A DNA stretch of 64,000 nt from an uncultured Pseudomonadota bacterium (GCA_963770835.1 CAVYRH010000007.1:132785-196784); one strand, 5' to 3'. Shown: positions 10,356-20,438, numbered from the stretch's first letter. Notes: a model not told the origin generated them from the sequence alone. Made by a program: numbers and translations.

Positions 10356-12923
10356 TTGTCCCAAAATTCCCTCGACGGTGAATGGAAATTCCGGGTGGCG
10401 GGGTCCCTGAAGGGCGCGGCCCCGAAGGACCGGGGGCTTTCCCAATGGATGCCGGCCACTATGCCGGGCACGATCCACTACCAGCTCCAAAAGCTGTGGA
10501 AAATTCCCGACCCTTTTTATGGCCGTAACGAGCTGAACCTCCAATGGATCGACGAGCAGGATTGGGAACTCACCAAGACGGTCCGAATCACCCGCGACGC
10601 GGCGGTCTCCGATAGGCAAGAACTGGTTTTCGACGGGATCGACACCATCGCTGAAATTTTCCTGAACGGGAAGAGGGTGGGAAGATCCTTCAACATGTTC
10701 CGCCAGGTGGTCCTGGACGTCCGGGGGAAGCTGAGGGCCGGTTCCAATGAAATCCGCGTTTTGCTGAAAAGCCCCACCCGCTATGCCAGGGCCCAGGCGG
10801 CCAAAAACCATTACAAAGCCAACACGGACAAGGAATTCAAATGGGAGACCGGCGAGGCGCGGGAAAGCCGCCGCTCCTGGATCCGGAAGGTCCAATGCCA
10901 ATTCGGTTGGGATTGGGGGGTCTACCTCGCAACCTCGGGCCTTTGGCGCCCGTCCCGGCTGGAATGTTCCGACGCCCCCCGCATCGCCTCCCTGCAGACC
11001 CGGCAAATCCACCATGGGCCCCCGGAAAATCCGGACCGGGTCAATCTCCAGGTAAGGGTCCGCCTGCAAGCCCGGGATCCCCAAGAAGGTTTCTTGGAGG
11101 TCCGTTGCGGCGGGGAAGAGAAAAAGATCAGGGCCCGCTTAAAGCGCGGCGAAAATATCCTCCAAGCCGATATTGTCCTGAAAAAACCGAAGCTTTGGTG
11201 GCCGGCGGGCCAGGGAAACCAGTCCCTTTATGGCCTTGAGGCGGTTTGGCGGGGCGATGAGGGCGGAACAAGCGGCCTGGCCAAGCGCCTGGGCTTGAGG
11301 ACGCTCGAATTGGTCACAGCCAAGGACCGGCCGGGGTTCGAATCCTTTTTCTTCAAGGTCAACAGCAGGCCGGTTTTCATGAAGGGCGCCAATTGGATTC
11401 CCGCCGACGCTCTCATCGACCGCTGCACCCCTGATAGGTACCGCCATTGGCTGACTTCCATGGTCCGGGCCCACATGAATATGGTGAGAGTCTGGGGCGG
11501 CGGCCAGTACGAGCTGGATGTTTTTTACAACCTCTGCGACGAACTGGGAATCCTCGTCTGGCAGGATTTCATGATGGCCTGCGCCCTCTATCCCGACACC
11601 CCGGACTTTATCCAGGAATTGACCGAGGAGGCCCGCTACCAGGTGCGCCGCCTTTCGGACCACCCTTGCCTGGCCCTCTGGTGCGGCGACAACGAAGACC
11701 TGGGGGGCGTGAAGCATTGGTGGCAACCGGGCGGTTCGCTCCAAACCACTGTCGCCGAGGCGCGACGCTACCCCGCCATGTACAAGAAGGTCCTGAATGC
11801 CATTAAGGAAACCTGCGAGGCCGAGGACCCCAGCCGCCGCTTTTGGCTTTCCAGCCCCTCCAACGGTTCCTTCGAGGGGGACCCGGACGACCCCAACCGG
11901 GGCGACGTGCATTACTGGAAGGTTTGGCATGGCGGCAAGCCCTTCAGCGACTATTTGACGGTTAAACCCCGTTTCGTCTCCGAGTTCGGGTTCCAGTCCT
12001 TTCCCGAACCCCGTACGCTGGAGGATGTGATCCCGGCCAAGGAAATGAACCCTTCCAGCTGGTTCATGGAGCACCATCAGCGTTCGCCCCAGGGCAACCT
12101 CTTAATCACCAATACCCTGGCGCGGGAGATGCCCATCCCCAATGACTTCGAAAGCTTCTGCCTGGCCTCCCAAATCAACCAGGCCATGGCCATCCGCACA
12201 GCCGTGGAGCATTGGCGCCGCATCAAGCCCTGGTGCATGGGAACCCTCTATTGGCAGGTGAACGACCTTTGGCCGGTGGCGTCTTGGAGCTCCATGGATT
12301 ACCACGGGCGCTGGAAAGTCCTGCACCACGAGGCCCAGAGGTTCTTCGCACCGCTTTTGGTGTCCATCGAGAAAAAGGGAAATATGGTTTCGGTTTGGGC
12401 CACCAGCGACCTTCCGCGGTCCTTGGTCCTGAAGGGACGGTTGGAAGCGGTCACCTGGGGCGGGAACAAAGTTTTCCAGGCCGCCCTTCGGGGGGAACTG
12501 AAGCCGGGGGAGAGCAAGTGCCTGCTGACGGTACCCTTTTCGCGGCTGTTAAAAAAAGGAATGCACCCCCGGGAAGTCCTCTGTTTCGCCCAACTGGTAG
12601 GAGGGGTTGTCTGCGGTGAAAATTACACCGCCTTGGTGCCTTGGAAATGGGCTCCTGTAGAAAAGCCCCATGTGAAGGCCGAACTTCGGCAAGGCCTGGA
12701 GGGCTTTGAACTCCACGTCCAGAGCCGGAACATCGTTCCTTTCTTTCACGCCCAATTAGAAGGTTGGGAAGGCCATTTCGCGGGGGATTGGAAGGTCCTA
12801 AAGCCGGGCGAACACAATGTTTTCCGGTGGGTTCCCCATTTCCAAGAGGGACCATTGAAAGAATCCTTGGCCGATGCCAAGCGCCGCTTGCGAGTGACCA
12901 GTCTTTACAATCTTTGCCGATAG
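10356..12923 (+). CDS. Glycoside hydrolase family 2, beta-mannosidase
   Basis: RK.QCQFGWDWG, KGANWIP, NMVRVWGGG, WQDFMMAC, WCGDNE (acid/base), FVSEFGFQSFP (nucleophile), YWQVNDLWP. Confidence 0.92.
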   Translation: MSQNSLDGEWKFRVAGSLKGAAPKDRGLSQWMPATMPGTIHYQLQKLWKIPDPFYGRNELNLQWIDEQDWELTKTVRITRDAAVSDRQELVFDGIDTIAEIFLNGKRVGRSFNMFRQVVLDVRGKLRAGSNEIRVLLKSPTRYARAQAAKNHYKANTDKEFKWETGEARESRRSWIRKVQCQFGWDWGVYLATSGLWRPSRLECSDAPRIASLQTRQIHHGPPENPDRVNLQVRVRLQARDPQEGFLEVRCGGEEKKIRARLKRGENILQADIVLKKPKLWWPAGQGNQSLYGLEAVWRGDEGGTSGLAKRLGLRTLELVTAKDRPGFESFFFKVNSRPVFMKGANWIPADALIDRCTPDRYRHWLTSMVRAHMNMVRVWGGGQYELDVFYNLCDELGILVWQDFMMACALYPDTPDFIQELTEEARYQVRRLSDHPCLALWCGDNEDLGGVKHWWQPGGSLQTTVAEARRYPAMYKKVLNAIKETCEAEDPSRRFWLSSPSNGSFEGDPDDPNRGDVHYWKVWHGGKPFSDYLTVKPRFVSEFGFQSFPEPRTLEDVIPAKEMNPSSWFMEHHQRSPQGNLLITNTLAREMPIPNDFESFCLASQINQAMAIRTAVEHWRRIKPWCMGTLYWQVNDLWPVASWSSMDYHGRWKVLHHEAQRFFAPLLVSIEKKGNMVSVWATSDLPRSLVLKGRLEAVTWGGNKVFQAALRGELKPGESKCLLTVPFSRLLKKGMHPREVLCFAQLVGGVVCGENYTALVPWKWAPVEKPHVKAELRQGLEGFELHVQSRNIVPFFHAQLEGWEGHFAGDWKVLKPGEHNVFRWVPHFQEGPLKESLADAKRRLRVTSLYNLCR

Positions 12924-12930
12924 GGAAATC

Positions 12931-14064
12931 ATGAACCCAACTGAAACGAATTTAGTCTCCTGGATGCGAGAGTCGGCCCTGCCTTTGTGGGCGGAAAGAG
13001 GCGTGGATCGGCAAAACGGCGGTTTTATCGAGGAACTGGCATCGGATGGAAGCCCTTCCGACCCCGGCTTCAAGCGCGTCCGCGTGCAGGGCCGGCAGCT
13101 CTTTTGCTTCACCACCGCAGCGATTTTGGGGTGGCACAAAGACGCCACCGGGATCGCCGACCACGGATTCGATTTCATCAAACGCCATTGCCGGGCCGTC
13201 GACGGCTTTTGGGCACGGCGTCTTAAGACCGACGGGTCCATGCTGGATCCCCAGATGGATCTTTACGACACAGCTTTCATCATGCTGGGCCTTTCCACCT
13301 ATTACCGGTTGACCCGTAGTGCCGAAGCCCTATCCCTCATCCTGGCCACCCTGGATCAGGTGAAGGCCCGGCTTTCTACACCAGGGGGGAAGGGTTACTG
13401 GCAATTGACGGCCGAAAAGGGAACCTTGCGCCAGAATCCCCACATGCACTGGTTCGAGTCCATGCTTGCCTGTTTTGACGCTACGGGGGACCAGCGTTTT
13501 CTGGAAGAAGCGCAAAAGATTTACCGGTTGGCCGAGGAATTCATCATCGACCCAAAAACCGGCGCCTTATGGGAAATCTTCGACGGGGAATGGAAGCCGG
13601 TCGCGGAGGAAGGGAAGATCAGGGTGGAACCAGGGCACCATTGTGAATGGGCCTGGCTTCTTTGGAAGGCCGGAAAAGTGATGGAGATCAACCCGGCCTT
13701 GAGCCGGGGTATTCTTGCATTCGCGGACAAATACGGTTTCAACCCCGCCACCGGGCTTTACTGGGACCAAGTGAGCGATCAGGGGGAAGTCACCGAGCGA
13801 ACCCACCGGCTTTGGGTGGCGACCGAGGCCATCAAGGCTTGGCTTGTCCGTCCCGGAGTGGAAGAGAAGGAGAGGGAAACCCGGGTGAAAGGAATCGAAT
13901 CCAGCCTTCTTCGGTATTACTTATTGCGCGAACCCATGGGCTCCTGGGGTGACCGCCTGGAGGCCGACGGGACCTGCCGGAAAGGCCCCGTGCCGGCTAG
14001 CTCGATGTACCACCTCATGATGTGCGTGACGGAATTGGCCGCCTGGCGTTCCGGACGCAATTAG
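12931..14064 (+). CDS. AGE-family epimerase/isomerase (mannose or mannose-6-phosphate isomerase-like)
   Basis: RVQGRQ, DLYDTAF, QNPHMHWFE, EPGHHCEWAWLL, RLWVATE, SSMYH. Confidence 0.88.
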   Translation: MNPTETNLVSWMRESALPLWAERGVDRQNGGFIEELASDGSPSDPGFKRVRVQGRQLFCFTTAAILGWHKDATGIADHGFDFIKRHCRAVDGFWARRLKTDGSMLDPQMDLYDTAFIMLGLSTYYRLTRSAEALSLILATLDQVKARLSTPGGKGYWQLTAEKGTLRQNPHMHWFESMLACFDATGDQRFLEEAQKIYRLAEEFIIDPKTGALWEIFDGEWKPVAEEGKIRVEPGHHCEWAWLLWKAGKVMEINPALSRGILAFADKYGFNPATGLYWDQVSDQGEVTERTHRLWVATEAIKAWLVRPGVEEKERETRVKGIESSLLRYYLLREPMGSWGDRLEADGTCRKGPVPASSMYHLMMCVTELAAWRSGRN

Positions 14065-14235
14065 AAGTTTTTCAGCCAGCGCAGGAAGTCTTTCGCCGTA
14101 TCAAACTGCAGGTCGTATTGGTCTTTCGGAATCCGGTAGCCCACTGCCACCTTGAGGCTCTTCTTTCCCAGGATTTTAAAAACAGCAAAATCCATCAAAT
14201 CGTCATCCGCATAGACCAGGAGGGCTTCGGTTGGG
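14061..14235 (-). pseudogene. Orphan 3' fragment of a trehalose-6-phosphate phosphatase (diverged duplicate of the otsB end)
   Basis: VYADDDLMDFAVFKILGKKSLKVAVGYRIPKDQYDLQFDTAKDFLRWLKNF aligns without gaps to IYAGDDLTDITVFKVLGKRGLKIAVGHRIPKHLSDLRFDSPKEFLSWLKNF at the end of 14851..15591. Confidence 0.85.
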
Positions 14236-14280
14236 ATAATCGTGATTCGTTTTAGCAAAAAAATATTTTGGGAGGGGGAA

Positions 14281-14835
14281 ATGAAACGATTTTTAATAGT
14301 GTGTATTTGCGTGTTGTGTTTTATTTGTTCAAACCCGGCAATAGCAAAATATGATGAAATAGTCCACGCGTATTTTGATGATATTGTCCCCGTATATTTA
14401 ACTGAATATATTGATGGAAAGCCAACTGGGAATGTAATGCAGTTTGAATTACATGTGATGGGAACAGAAAAGAAACCGCGTTGGGTTTTGACAACCATAA
14501 TTATAAGTACGGATGATTATGATGAAACTGAAACACTCCAAACACTTCAAGTGAGTTCCGACGAGGTAACGGATTTGCCCTGGGTACAAAAGTTGAAATG
14601 GATACCTGGAAAAAACATTGATTGCGTTTTGTTGCCTGAAGGAGATGAAAGCGTAGTATTTACTGCCACTAAAATTAAAGGCACGACGTACGATTGGAAT
14701 TTAAGTTGCGTCGGTGTAATAAAAGGAGCGGTAACTAACGGAGAAACTAAAAAATGGGAATGGAAAGCCTCTAAAGATACTGTTCTTAAATATAAGAAAT
14801 TAAGATTTGTTAGTCTTTATTCATCCAAGAATTGA
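14281..14835 (+). CDS. AT-rich secreted hypothetical protein
   Basis: GGAGGGGG RBS then ATG 14281. Signal peptide MKRFLIVCICVLCFICSNPAIA. Visibly lower GC than its flanks. Confidence 0.75.
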   Translation: MKRFLIVCICVLCFICSNPAIAKYDEIVHAYFDDIVPVYLTEYIDGKPTGNVMQFELHVMGTEKKPRWVLTTIIISTDDYDETETLQTLQVSSDEVTDLPWVQKLKWIPGKNIDCVLLPEGDESVVFTATKIKGTTYDWNLSCVGVIKGAVTNGETKKWEWKASKDTVLKYKKLRFVSLYSSKN

Positions 14836-14850
14836 AGAGCCTGACAAAGT

Positions 14851-15591
14851 CTAGAAATTCTTGAGCCAGCTTAGGAATTCCTTCGGAGAATCGAAACGCA
14901 GGTCGCTCAGATGCTTTGGAATCCGATGGCCCACCGCGATTTTCAGGCCCCTCTTTCCTAAAACCTTAAAAACCGTGATATCCGTCAGGTCGTCCCCAGC
15001 GTAGATAGGCAAGGCCCCTGGGTACCGCTCCAGTATTTTTCGGACGGTTTTTCCCTTGGAAAAACCCTTCGGGAGCGCCTCAATCATCTTCTTCCCACCC
15101 ATCAAATGCCAAAGGCTTCGGGTGACAGTTTGCCCGAATATCTCATTGAACCGGTGGTGCAATTTCTTCGCTTTGGACGGGGCCATCCGCACCCCGCGGT
15201 AATGGAGGGTGGAGGAAAAAGGCTTCTTCTCGATATATATCCCTGGGAATTCGGAACGAAGGATTTGCAGGTGTTTCCATAGGCTGGCGGCTTCCTTCTT
15301 GAAATAGCCTTCTTGGGCGGATGTGGCGGGCCTAAATCCGCTTGGAAAATTTCTGGCCTCGAAACCGTGGGTGCCGACCATCGGGAAATTTCTCAGGCCG
15401 GAGACCCTTTCGAGGCTGTCCAGGTAGCGGCCGGTGATGAAGATCACTGGGTATTTCCGGCTCAAGCGTCTTAAGACCTTTTTGACCGGCGCAGGAAGCT
15501 TGGAATGTTCGGGGTTCCGTTTGAAATCGGTCAGGGTTCCGTCGTAATCGAGTAGGAAAAGAAGTTTCGGAGAGGCGGTTGGGAGTTTCAT
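14851..15591 (-). CDS. otsB: Trehalose-6-phosphate phosphatase
   Basis: LDYDGTL, ITGR, GTHGFE, EKK...LHYR, GKKMIE..P...KG, AGDDLTD. Confidence 0.88.
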   Translation of the reverse strand: MKLPTASPKLLFLLDYDGTLTDFKRNPEHSKLPAPVKKVLRRLSRKYPVIFITGRYLDSLERVSGLRNFPMVGTHGFEARNFPSGFRPATSAQEGYFKKEAASLWKHLQILRSEFPGIYIEKKPFSSTLHYRGVRMAPSKAKKLHHRFNEIFGQTVTRSLWHLMGGKKMIEALPKGFSKGKTVRKILERYPGALPIYAGDDLTDITVFKVLGKRGLKIAVGHRIPKHLSDLRFDSPKEFLSWLKNF

Positions 15592-15761
15592 GGTTTAATT
15601 TTATAACTGAAATTCTCCCGAAACCCCCAAATAAAATCGGTGTCCTTGGTTTCATCTGGTTGAAATTTTAGACCAAAGGGAAAAACCCATAGCCGCGTGA
15701 AGTTATTGCGTTATACTTTTCCCGGCTTCAAATCGCGCCGAGAGCCGAAAGGAACCGACCC

Positions 15762-16808
15762 GTGACCTCCACCAACACCTTCATGGAAAAAGAGATCCTG
15801 GAAAGCCCCCGCGTCCTTCGCAAGTTCCTTTCCAGCCAATGGGCGGCCCTGGTGAGGGTCGCCGAAGCCATTCATAACTACAAGCCCCGTTTCGTCGTCC
15901 TGGCCGCCCGCGGCACTTCCGACAATGCCGGCACCTACGTCCGTTACCTGATCGAGAAGGAATGGGGCATCCCCGTGTCCATGGCCGCGCCGTCGCTGAC
16001 GACCCTTTATGGCGCCAAGGTGGATTACCGCCAGTGCCTCGTCATCGGCGTTTCCCAGTCGGGCGAGGGGCCCGACGTCTGCCGGATTATCCAGGACGCC
16101 TGCAAGCAGGGTGCGCTGACCCTCGGTGTCACCAACAACGCCAAGTCGCGCCTGGCCAAGGAAGCCCGGTTCACCCTGGACCTCATGGCGGGCCCCGAAA
16201 AAAGCATTGCCGCCACCAAGACCTATACTTCTGAATTACTGGCCCTTTACGCCCTGGTGGAATGCGTGGCGAGGGGCCGCAAGGTGCGTCCAAAACTTTC
16301 AGCCCTTCCCAGCCTGGTGGAGGAGGGGTGCCGTCTTTCGCGCACCGTGTGGGATTGCTCCTACCATTTCCTGGACTTGTCCGCTTGCGTGGTGGTTGGC
16401 CGGGTTTTCCATTTCGGCCTGGCGCAGGAAACGGCCCTTAAACTCAAGGAGTGCGCCCAGGTGATGGCCCATGCCTATTCCACCGCCGACTTCCACCACG
16501 GCCCCAAGAGCCTGGCGGGGAAGGACTTTCCCGTGATCCTGCTGGCGCCCCCGGGCCCGACATTAAAAGGAACGTTGGAACTCATGGATGAGCTCTTGGA
16601 ACGGCAGGCCCAGGTGATGGCTTTCAGCCCCGTCCCCCAGGTTTTGAAAAAGGCCACTATTCCGATGAAAACGCCGGGAGGGGCTGAAATGGTAAACCCC
16701 ATGGGCATGGCGCCTATGCTGCAGACCCTGGCCCTGGCTGTGTCGATGGCCAAGGGATTAAACCCGGATAAGCCGCAATTTTTGAAAAAGGTGACGCAGA
16801 CCCATTGA
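15762..16808 (+). CDS. Double-SIS protein (GlmS isomerase-domain-like; probable glucosamine-6-phosphate deaminase)
   Basis: MEKEILESP, ARGTSDNA, SQSGE.PD, AGPEKSIAATKTY, ETALKLKE, FHHGP, GLNPDKP..LKKVT. No glutaminase domain. Confidence 0.85.
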   Translation: MTSTNTFMEKEILESPRVLRKFLSSQWAALVRVAEAIHNYKPRFVVLAARGTSDNAGTYVRYLIEKEWGIPVSMAAPSLTTLYGAKVDYRQCLVIGVSQSGEGPDVCRIIQDACKQGALTLGVTNNAKSRLAKEARFTLDLMAGPEKSIAATKTYTSELLALYALVECVARGRKVRPKLSALPSLVEEGCRLSRTVWDCSYHFLDLSACVVVGRVFHFGLAQETALKLKECAQVMAHAYSTADFHHGPKSLAGKDFPVILLAPPGPTLKGTLELMDELLERQAQVMAFSPVPQVLKKATIPMKTPGGAEMVNPMGMAPMLQTLALAVSMAKGLNPDKPQFLKKVTQTH

Positions 16809-16818
16809 AGGAGCGGAA

Positions 16819-18522
16819 ATGAAGGGGAAAGTTTTGTTGCTGGGAATCCTGGCCGGGTCTTTTTTTCTGCCCACTTGTCTTCACGCTCAAACAACACCGC
16901 ATAAGAAAAAGGGGCTGGTGGGGGTTTCGGGCTGGGTCACTTTTTGGGATGAGGGCCACAAATCCATCGCCAGCTTCGAGAAGCACGCGGACCAGATCGA
17001 CCGGGCTTATTTCGAATGGTACAAATGCGGGGCTGACGGCCTGCCCATGCCAGTGACCGAAGCCACCGAGGAGCTGAAAGCGGAAGTCCTGGCGGTGGCA
17101 TCCAAAAACAATGTGGAACCTTGGTACATGACGGGCAATTACGACGTTTCCATCGGCAGTCACAACGGGGCCTGGATTGAGAAGTTCCTTCACGACGCCC
17201 CTTTGCGGGCTAAGCACATCCGGATGCTGGTGGATATCGCCAAGAAATACGGGGTCAAGGGCATCCAGATCGACTATGAGAACATCAAGGCCGCCGACAA
17301 GGACGCCTTTTCCGCCTTTATGGCCGAGCTTAACCAAGCGGCCAAAGCCGGGGGCTTTGAGACCGGCATTGCCCTGCCCGCCAAGGTGGACGCCAATGGC
17401 ACCTGGGATGATCCCCGATCCCGCGATTACCCGGCCATTGGGCAGACTGTCGACGAGTTGGTGCCAATGACCTACGACTACCACTGGTCGACCAGCGCGG
17501 CGGGCAACATCACCTCGCCCGAATGGTCCGAGATGTGCGCGAAATATGCCGCCTCCGTCATGCCGCCGGAAAAAGTCGAGGTGGGCTATCCGGTTTACGG
17601 CTATGACTGGGTGGGGACCAAGGGTGACACCCTAGTCTGGCAACAATTCCTGGACCTCCTAAATAAATACAAGGTGAAACCGGTCCGTGACAGCGATTAC
17701 AGCCAGGAATTAAAGATCGACTACACTGACGAAAAGGGGAATAGGCACGAGGCCTGGATGACCGATCCCTACTGCCTGGAAGCCCAGTGTAACATCGTCA
17801 AGCGCGACAACTTGTGCGGCTTGGGGGTGTGGTATTTCGGGGCGGAGGATGAGAGCTTTTGGACCACGATGAAACAGGTGAACGCCACTCCGGCGGAGAC
17901 GCACTTGGTTTCGGCCTCTTTGGGGGAGGCGGCCGGGTCCAATCCCTCCGGCGCCCTCGACACCAAAGACCTGGTGACCGATACCACGGCCCCCGATTAC
18001 ACTTACGTTTATCCGGATGCCGGGTCCAAAATTTCGGTGGGTGAGAAAGACGGTAAAAGGTGGATCGACGTGGCCCTAAAAGGTGACGACTGGTCGGGTT
18101 TCGGCGTCGGCTTATCCCGGAAAAATCTTTCCGCCTACCTGAAAACGGGAGCCCTGCAGTTTTACGTGCGGGGGGCCAAGGGCGGGGAAAATACCACGGT
18201 GGGGTTCATCATGGAAAAGGGGTCGGCCTCCGACGAGAAGTACAGCCTGGTGGATGAGGTTCCCCTGGACCATTACGTCAAGGTCACCAACCAGTGGCAG
18301 TGGGTCACCATCCCCCTTTCGGATTTTCCTGTGGAGGGGTACCACCACGACAGCGTGACAAATTCGAGGATCACCGGTTCCTTCAAGTGGGAAAGGGTGC
18401 TGGAGCTCGCTGGGAACCATACCCCGACCGCCGACCCCAATTGTGAAATTTTCTTTTCCTCGATACGGATCATTCCGACTTACGACCCCGGCTCTGTGAA
18501 AAGAATCGATTCCAAACCCTAA
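16819..18522 (+). CDS. Secreted GH18 glycosidase with a C-terminal carbohydrate-binding-like module
   Basis: Signal peptide. GIQIDYE, MTYDYH, YGYDW and GLGVWYFG motifs. C-terminal LQFYVRGAKGGE...WQWVTIPLSDF resembles CBM11/CBM30-type beta-sandwiches. Confidence 0.85.
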   Translation: MKGKVLLLGILAGSFFLPTCLHAQTTPHKKKGLVGVSGWVTFWDEGHKSIASFEKHADQIDRAYFEWYKCGADGLPMPVTEATEELKAEVLAVASKNNVEPWYMTGNYDVSIGSHNGAWIEKFLHDAPLRAKHIRMLVDIAKKYGVKGIQIDYENIKAADKDAFSAFMAELNQAAKAGGFETGIALPAKVDANGTWDDPRSRDYPAIGQTVDELVPMTYDYHWSTSAAGNITSPEWSEMCAKYAASVMPPEKVEVGYPVYGYDWVGTKGDTLVWQQFLDLLNKYKVKPVRDSDYSQELKIDYTDEKGNRHEAWMTDPYCLEAQCNIVKRDNLCGLGVWYFGAEDESFWTTMKQVNATPAETHLVSASLGEAAGSNPSGALDTKDLVTDTTAPDYTYVYPDAGSKISVGEKDGKRWIDVALKGDDWSGFGVGLSRKNLSAYLKTGALQFYVRGAKGGENTTVGFIMEKGSASDEKYSLVDEVPLDHYVKVTNQWQWVTIPLSDFPVEGYHHDSVTNSRITGSFKWERVLELAGNHTPTADPNCEIFFSSIRIIPTYDPGSVKRIDSKP

Positions 18523-19935
18523 GTGGAGATGATGATGGAAGACCTGCTTAAAGTGAAACCGGCCGTTTCTCCGCCCCTGGACTCTTCCTTCAGGCCGGCT
18601 TTTCTCGGCAATCGGCGCTTCGCCGAGGCGGTTAAGGCAAGCCGCGAGGGAGTCCCCCTGAAGTTGGCCCTGGAGCGCTCGGGCGGCCAGGTCGCGGTTT
18701 ATTCCACACTGACATTTCCAGAGGGACACCCCCAGTCGGAAGCTGCCACCCGGCACGCCGAGCGTATCCTTAAGTTTCTCCTCTGGCAAAAAGGAGGTGC
18801 CAAAGCCTACGTCCTGGGGCCCGCCTCCATCGCCGTCCGCCTGAAAAAAGCCTACGGCCCTGGCGGTGAGAGGGTCTTCGACGCGGACTTCATGGCCGAG
18901 GTTTACGAAAAGCCTTATTTTGAGGTGGTGACCGTGGGGGAAAGGGACTTTCCTAGGGAATATGAAGCCTCGGCGTCCGTGGGAAGACACCTGGGAGGCT
19001 GCCGGATCGGTTTTGACGCAGGGGGCAGTGACCGCAAGGTGGCGGCGGTCATCGATGGCAAGGAAGTTTTCTCCTGTGAAGTGGTGTGGGAACCCAAGGT
19101 CAACAGCGACCCCGAATACCACTTCGACGGGATTGATGATTCCATCCGCCGGGCCGCGGAGCACTTGCCCCGAGTTGACGCCATCGGCGTTTCTTCCGCC
19201 GGCATTTTCATCGACAACAAAACGCGGGTGGCTTCCTTATTCCGCAAGGTTCCAGCGGACCTCTTTAAAAAGCGCATCAAGAACATCTATCTCGATATCG
19301 CCAAGAAGTGGGGCGATGTGCCGATTGAAGTGGCCAACGATGGGGATGTGACGGCTCTGGCGGGGGCCATGAGCTTGAACGATCAGCCGGTTTTAGGAAT
19401 CGCCATGGGCACCAGCCAGGCGGTTGGCTATGTGGACGAAAAAGGATGTATTACCGGCTGGTTGAACGAGCTGGCTTTCGCGCCGGTCGATTACGCCGAC
19501 GATGCGCCGGTGGACGTGGAATGGTCGGGGGACAAGGGTACGGGGGTGCAGTATTTCTCCCAGGATGCGGTCATCCGCCTGGCGCCCAAGGCGGGAATCG
19601 AGCTGGACCCCAAGCTTTCCCCCGGCGACAAGCTCAAGAAGGTGCAAAAACTCTTCAAGTCCGGGGATGCCCGGCCCCGCGCCATTTTTGAGTCCATCGG
19701 TGTCTATTTGGGATACGCCCTGGCCCAATACGCGGAGTTTTACCCTCTCAAACAGGTTTTGATCCTGGGGAGGGTGACATCGGGCGAGGGCGGGAATATC
19801 ATCCTTCAAAAAGCCGGGGAAGTTCTGAAGTTGGAAGCACCGGAACTGGCCAAGAAAGTTAAAATCCATCTGCCCGATGAGGCCAATCGAAGAGTGGGCC
19901 AGGCCATTGCAGCGGCAAGCCTACCGAAAATATGA
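18523..19935 (+). CDS. ROK-family sugar kinase with an N-terminal extension
   Basis: RIGFDAGGSDRK, AIGVSSAG, VANDGDVTALAG, GIAMGTS, GWLNELAF. Exact start among 18523-18535 is uncertain. Confidence 0.85.
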   Translation: MEMMMEDLLKVKPAVSPPLDSSFRPAFLGNRRFAEAVKASREGVPLKLALERSGGQVAVYSTLTFPEGHPQSEAATRHAERILKFLLWQKGGAKAYVLGPASIAVRLKKAYGPGGERVFDADFMAEVYEKPYFEVVTVGERDFPREYEASASVGRHLGGCRIGFDAGGSDRKVAAVIDGKEVFSCEVVWEPKVNSDPEYHFDGIDDSIRRAAEHLPRVDAIGVSSAGIFIDNKTRVASLFRKVPADLFKKRIKNIYLDIAKKWGDVPIEVANDGDVTALAGAMSLNDQPVLGIAMGTSQAVGYVDEKGCITGWLNELAFAPVDYADDAPVDVEWSGDKGTGVQYFSQDAVIRLAPKAGIELDPKLSPGDKLKKVQKLFKSGDARPRAIFESIGVYLGYALAQYAEFYPLKQVLILGRVTSGEGGNIILQKAGEVLKLEAPELAKKVKIHLPDEANRRVGQAIAAASLPKI

Positions 19936-19962
19936 GATCGCTGTCATTGCGAGGAGCGGTTT

Positions 19963-20241
19963 ATGTTTGAAGACGTAGGGAAAAAAAGATTAAAGGTTTT
20001 TCTCTATCTTCTTGTTTGTTTTTTAGGGTTACTTTCTAGTTTTGGAATCTATTGGATTGGAATTTCAATTCAAGTTAAATTTTTACAATTCTTAGGGTAT
20101 TTTCTTGGCTTTCTGTTTTTTGTCGTTTGTATCGCTCTATATTTTGGGTTTTCTTTTTTAACAGTAGTTAGAATTTTTCAAACTTTGAAATCATGGTTTT
20201 TAGAAACAATTGATTTTTTTAAATCGGCCGCTAAAAAATAG
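19963..20241 (+). CDS. Small AT-rich two-helix membrane protein
   Basis: GAGGAG RBS. Two hydrophobic segments. Very T-rich relative to neighbours. Confidence 0.55.
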   Translation: MFEDVGKKRLKVFLYLLVCFLGLLSSFGIYWIGISIQVKFLQFLGYFLGFLFFVVCIALYFGFSFLTVVRIFQTLKSWFLETIDFFKSAAKK

Positions 20242-20438
20242 TAATAAATTTTGGAAAAAATTTGATGCCTTATGGTGAAAATATTGCGTTGCAGTTAGGT
20301 CTCCCTTTTTTAGTTGGGCTTCGCTGGGATAATTCGGGGGCCTGTAAAAGTTAAGTTTTAACAATGAATGAAAGCCATATCGACTAACTGAGCTAAAAAT
20401 CAGGTTCTCTTTTAAAATTAGTGGTTTAAGGAGCCGTT

